64,000 nt of DNA, from NCBI RefSeq assembly GCF_009914755.1, contig NC_060943.1; one strand, given 5' to 3'. The position numbers were made by a program, and so were the translations under genes. The notes under the pieces are model-generated. The model had not been told where the DNA came from. It saw only the letters and a list, made by a program, of their open reading frames with translations, and searched no databases. Positions 58,076 to 64,000 of this stretch are shown one piece after another (positions within the stretch are counted from its first letter, which is position 1; the number at the start of each line of letters is the position of its first letter). Source of the stretch: the human T2T-CHM13v2.0 reference genome, Homo sapiens.

Positions 58076-61000
58076 CTAATTCTTCCTCAGCCTCTGCTCC
58101 CTACCCTGTGATCTTTCTATCACCTCCCCTTCTCACACCCGGTCCAGCTTACAGTTTCATTCCATGACTAGCCCTCCCCCACCTGCCCAACAATATCCTC
58201 TTAGAGAAGTGGCTGGAGCTGAAGGCATAGTCGAGGTTAATGCTCCTTTTTCTTCATCCAACCTCTCCCAAGTCAGTTAGCATTTAGGCTCTTTTTCATC
58301 AAGTATAAAAACCCGGCCCAGTTCATGGCCTGTTTGGCAACAACCCTTAGACAGTTTACCACCCTAGAACCAGAGAGGCCAGAAGGCCATCTTATTCTCA
58401 ATATGCATTTTATTCTCAATATGCATTTTATTACCCAATCTGCTCCCAAGACTAGAAAAAGCTCCAAAAATTAGATTCTGACCCTCAACCCCCACAACAG
58501 GACTTAATTAACCTCACCTTGAAGGTGTACAATAATAGAGAAGAGGCAGCCAAGTGGCGTTGTATTTCTGAGTTGCAATTACTTGCCTCTGCTGTGAGAT
58601 AAACCCCAGCCACATCTCCAGCACATAAGAACTTCAAAATGCCTAAACCACAGAGGCCAGGTGTTCCTCCAGGACCTCCTCCCTCAGGTTCTTGCTTTAA
58701 GTGCTGGAAATCTGGCCACTGGGCCAAGGAATGCCCGCAGCCCAGGATTCCTCCTAAGCCATGTCCCATCTGTGGGACCCCACTTGAAATCGGACTGTCC
58801 AACTCACCTGGCAGCCACTACCAGAGCCACTGGAACTCTGGCCCAAGGCTGTCTGACTGACTCCTTCCCAGATCTTCTCGGCTTAGCAGCTGAAGACTGA
58901 CACTGCCCGATCACCTCGGGAGCCTCCTGGACTATCACAGATGCTTTGGGTAACTCTTACAGTGGAGGGCAAGTCTGTCCCCTTCTTAATCAATACAGAG
59001 GCTACCCACTCCACATTACCTTCTTTTCAAGGGCCTGTTTCCCTTGCCTTCATAACTGCCGTGGGTATTGATGGCCAGGCTTCTAAACCTCTTAAAAATC
59101 CCCAACTCTGGTGCCAACTTGAACAACTTTCTTTTATGCACTCTTTTTAGTTATCCCCACCTGCCCAGCTCCCTTATTAGGTCAAGACATTTTAACTAAA
59201 TTCTCTGCTTCCCTCACTATTCCTGGGCTATAGCCACACCTCATTGCCACCCTTTTCCCCAGTTCAAAGCCTCCTTTGCCTCCTCCCCTTGTGTCTCACT
59301 ACCTTAATCCACAAGTATGGGATACCTCTACTCCCTCCTTAGCAACTGATCATGCACCCCTTATCATCCCTTGGGGGTAAAACCTAATCACCCTTACCCT
59401 GCTCAATGCCAATATCCCATCCCACAACAGGATTTGAGGGGACTAAAGCCTGTTATCACTTCCCTGTTACAGCATGACCTTTTAAAGCCTACAAACTCTC
59501 CTTACAACTCTCCTATCCTACCTGTCCAAAAACTGGACAAGTCTTACAGGCTGGTCCAGGATCTTTGCCTTATCAACCAAATTGTCTTGCCTATCCACCC
59601 CATGGTGCCAAACCCATATACTCTCCTATCCTCAATACCTCCCTCCTCAACCCATTATTCTGTTCTGGATCTCAAAGATGCTTTCTTTACTATTCCTTTA
59701 CACCCTTAATCCCAGCCTCTCTTCACTTTAACTTGGACTGACCCTGACACCCGTCAGTCTCAGCAACTTACCTGGGCTGTACTGCTGCAAGGCTTCAGGG
59801 ACAGCCCCCGTTACTTCAGTCAAGCACTTTCTCATGATTTACTTTCTTTCCATCCATCTGCTTCTCACCTTATTCAATATTTTGATGACCTCCTACTTTA
59901 TAGCCCCTCCTACAAATCTTCCCAACAGGACACCCTCCGGCTCCTCCAACATCTATTCTCAAAGGGATATCGCGTATCCCCCTCGAAATCCCAAATTTCT
60001 TCTTCATCCGTTACCTATCTCGGCATAATTCTTCATAAAAACACACGTGCTTTCCCTGCTGATCATGTCTGGCTAATCTCCCAAACCCCAATGCCTTCTA
60101 CAAAACAACAACTCCTTTCCTTCCTAGGCATGCTTGGGTACTTTCACCTTTGGATACCTGGTTTTGCCATCCTGACTAAACCATTATATAAACTCACAAG
60201 GAAACCTAGCTGGCCCCATAGATCCTAAATCCTTTCCCCACTCCTCTTTCCATTCCTTAAAAACAGCCCTGGAAGCTGCTCCCACACTAGCTCTCCCTAA
60301 CTCATCCCAACCCTTTTCATTACACACAGCCAATGTACAGAACTGTGTGGTTGGAATTCTTACACAAGAGCTGGGACCACGCCCTGTAGCCTTTCTGTCC
60401 AAACAACTTGACCTTACTGTTTTAGGCTTGCCCTCATGTCTCCATGTGGTGGCTGCCACCACTTTAATACTTTTAGAGGCCCTCAAAACCACAAGCTATG
60501 CTCCATTTACTCTCTACAGTTCCCATAACTTTCAATATCTATTTTGTTCCTCACACTTGACACATATACTTTCTGCCCCCTGGCTCCTTCAACTGTACTC
60601 ACCATTCGTTGAATTTCCCACAATTACCATTGTTCCTGGCCCAGACTTCAATCCGGCCTCTCATCTTATTCCTGATACTACATCTGAACCCCATGATTGT
60701 ATCTCTCTAATCCATATGACATTCTCCCCATTTCCCCATATTTCCCTGTTTCCTGTTCCCCACCCAGACCACACTTGGTTTATTGATGGTAGTTCTTCCA
60801 GGCCCAATCACCAATCACTGGCAAAGGCAGGCTATGCTATAGTGTCTTCCACATCTATCATTGAGGCTATGGCCCTTCCCCCTTCCACTGCCTCTCAACA
60901 AGCTGAACTCATTGCCTTAACTCGAGCCTTCACTCTTGCAAAGGGAATACGTGTCAATATCTATACTGATTCCAAGTATGCCTTCCACATCCTTCACCAC

Positions 61001-63109
61001 CATCCTGTTATATGGGCAGAAAGAGGTTTCCTTACTACACAAGGGTCTTCCATCATTAATGCCTCCTCAATAAAAACTCTTCTTAAAGCTGCTGTACTTC
61101 CAAGGAAGCTTGTTTCATTCACTGCAAGGGCCATCAAAGGACATCAGATCCCATTGCTCAAGGCAACAATTATGCTGATAAGGGAGTTAAAGAAGCAGCT
61201 AGCCTTCCAACTTCTGTCCCTCATGGCCAGTTTTTCTCCTTCTCATCAGTCACTCCCACCTACTCTCCCACTGAAACTTCCACCTATCAATCTCTTCCCA
61301 AACAAGACAAATGGTTCTTGGATCAAGGAAAATTCCTCCTTCCACCCTCACAGCCTCATTTCATTCTATCTTCCTTTCGTGACCTCTTCCATGTGGGTTA
61401 CAAGCCACTAGCCCACCTCTTAGACCCTCTCATTTCCTTTCCATCATGGAAATCTATCCTCAAGGAAATCACTTCTCAGTGTTCCATTTGCTATTCTACC
61501 ACTCCTCAGGGATTTCTCAGGCCCCCTCCCTTTCCTACACATCAAGCTCAGGGGTTCACCCATGCCCAGGACTGGCAAATTGACTTTATCCACATGCCCT
61601 GAGTCAGGAAACTAAAATATTCTTGGTCTGGTAGCCACTTTCACTGGATGGGTAGAGGCCTTTCTCTCAGGCCTGAGAAGGCCAACGTGGTCATCTCCTC
61701 CCTTCTGTCAGACATAATTTCTCGATTTAGACTTACTACCTCTATACAGTCTGACAACAGACTGGCCTTCATTAGTCAAGTCACTCAAGCAGTCTCTCAG
61801 GCCTTGGGCATTCAATGGAAACTTCATGCCCCCTACCGCCCTCAGTCTTCTGGAAAGGTAGAAAGGAATAATGGTCTTTTAAAAACACACCTCACCAAAC
61901 TCAGCCTTCAACTTAAAAAGGACTGGACAGTATTTTTACCACCTGCCCTCCTCAAAATTTGAGCCTGTCCTCGGGATGCTACAGGGTACAGTCCATTTGA
62001 ACTTTTATATGGACATACCTTCTTGCTGGGCCCCAACCTCATTCCAGACACCAGCCCTCTGGGGGACTACCTTCCAGTCCTCCAGCAGGCTAGACAGGAA
62101 ATTTACCAGGCTGCTAATCTTCTTTTGCCTACTCCAGATTCCCAGCCATATGAGGACACCCTAGCTGGACGATCAGTTCTTAAGAATCTGACCCCTCAAA
62201 CTCTACAAACTCGGTGGACTGGACCCCACTTAGTCATCTATAGTACTCCAATGGCCATCCATCTGCAGGACCCTGCCCATTGGGTTCACCATTCCAGGAT
62301 AAAGCTGTGCCCATCGGACAGACAGCCTGATCTCTCCTCTTCCTCCTGGAAGTTGCAAGTACTCACCCCTACTTCCCTTAAACTCACCCGCATTTCTGAA
62401 GAACAGTAGTGACACTTGTGAGCCTAATACACCCTTTCATTTTGTTAGGTCTATTCTTCCTTACCCTGATCTTTACAACAGGGCTTCACACAGTCACCCC
62501 CACTACTTGGACTGTACCCCAAAACTTTTCATCCCTGCTATCTTCTGTCTAGTCATACTCCTACTCTTCATTCTCACCTACCCATAAATGTCCTGCCCTT
62601 GTCTACACTGCCAGTTTACACTTTTTCTCCAAACCATCATAGCTGATATCTCCTGGTCTTAGCCCCTAACCACCACTCTTAACTCCCCCTTGGAGTGGAT
62701 AGATGACCTTTGCTGGCAAGGCACACTCCAATTCTTTCACCCTGATGAAGTCCTTTTCTTTACTTTTCCTCATTCCCATTCTCCTGCCATCCTCTACCCC
62801 TCCCTAATTACCTCCAACATACTATCAATCTCGCTCACTCCCTCCTCACTCTTTCTAATCCCTCCTTAGTGAACAATTGCTGGCTTTGCATTTCCCTTTT
62901 TTCCTGCTCTTACACAGCTGTCCCCACCTTACATACCGACTGGGCAACATCTCCTGTCTCCCTACATCTCTGAACCTCCTTTAACAGCCCTCATCTTTAC
63001 CCTTCTGAAGAACTTCTTTACTTTCTAGACAGGTCTAGCAAAACCTCAGACATTTCATATCAGCAAGCTGATGCTCTTCTCCGCATCTACTTAAAAAATC
63101 TTTATCCTT

Positions 63110-63330
63110 GATTGAAACCATCCTGGCTAACACGGTGAAACTCGTCTCTACTAAAAATACAAAAAATTAGCTGGGCATGGTTGCAGGCACCTGTAGTCCC
63201 AGGTACTCAGGAGGCTGAGGCAGGAGAATCACGTGAACCCAGGAGGCAGAGCTTGCAGTGAGCCGAGATCGTGCCACTGCACTCCAGCCTGGGTGACAGA
63301 GCAAGACTCTGTCTCAAAAAAAAAAAAAAA
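63110..63330 (+). mobile_element. 5'-truncated Alu in HERV-H env
   Basis: Flanked by duplicated AAAAAA(T/C)CTTTATCCTT. Confidence 0.9.
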
Positions 63331-63836
63331 CCTTTATCCTTATATTAATTCTACTCCACCCATATTTGAACCCCTCACAACATAAACTACTATCCCTGTT
63401 GTCACTCCTTTGTGCATCTCTCGGCAAAGACTGACTGGAATTCCCCTAGGTAACATTTCACCTTCTCTATGCTTCTTCACTCTTCATCTCCAAAGCCCAA
63501 CTACACATATTACCAAAACCAATGGGGCTTTTTAGCTCCACATTATAGATAAGCCCTCTATCAATACTGGCAAACTTAAAAACATTAGCAGTTACTATTA
63601 TTTAGGAAGACATTTGTCCTGCACTTCACTCCATCCTTGGCTACCTTCCCCTTGTTCTTCAGCCTCTCCTCCCAGCCCCCCTTCTTGTTTACTTATACAC
63701 AACCCCATGAATAGCAATGAAAGGTTGCTTGTAGACACTATGAGTTTTCTAATACACCATGAATACTGAACCTCTCCCTCTACCCAGTTGCCCTATCAAT
63801 CCCCATTACAACTTCTAACGGCTGCTGCCCTTGCTG

Positions 63837-64000
63837 TGAGAGGTGACAACATGCTGGCGGCCCTCACTCACTCTCAGCACCTCCTCAGCCTTGGTGTCCA
63901 CCTGGCCACACTTGAGGAGAACTTCCACCCACCACTGCACTGTGGGAGCCCCTCTCTGGGCTGGCCAAGGCTGGAGCCGGCTCCCTCTGCTTGCAGGGAG
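63837..64000 (+). mobile_element. Second LTR12 (5' end) inserted in HERV-H env, truncated by the window edge
   Basis: TGAGAGGTGACAACATGCTGGCGGCCCTC start, homologous to the inverse of 57905-58075. Confidence 0.9.

Noticed and set aside
57366-58079. Several GC-rich ORFs on both strands
   Set aside because: Stop-poor LTR12 U3 sequence.
60347-61411. 354-aa ORF as a possible domesticated RNase H gene
   Set aside because: Fragment of a pol with stops and frameshifts on both sides. Its C-terminal part is out of frame.

Overview
Hominid (most likely human) genomic DNA from a KRAB zinc-finger cluster, recognised as the ZNF426/ZNF560 region of chr19p13.2. One intact protein-coding gene: ZNF426 on the minus strand, six coding exons giving 554 aa (KRAB-A, KRAB-B, 11 intact C2H2 fingers), with a CpG-rich promoter near 54.85 kb. 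A paralogous minus-strand promoter and 5' non-coding exons at 14.3-15.2 kb most likely belong to ZNF560, whose coding exons lie outside the window. The rest is retroelement-dense: an SVA 3' end, a rare SVA2, an LTR10 solo LTR with a p53-type site, ERV-L internal remnants, old L1M pieces, a two-LTR HERV-K(HML-6) provirus with a nested MER9 LTR, an ACTB processed pseudogene, a HERV-H provirus (LTR7C-like, Phe-type PBS) carrying two LTR12 insertions, and dozens of Alus. Less obvious structure: a dead KRAB-A/KRAB-B exon pair at 31.5-32.2 kb, and two homologous blocks of fossil zinc fingers downstream of the ZNF426 stop codon, each carrying an MLT1 LTR at the same position that could supply poly(A) signals. 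I see no evidence of a wholly new biological system. The best leads concern KRAB-ZNF gene birth and death and LTR-derived regulation. Repeat family names come from recalled consensus sequences, and all identities are by eye.
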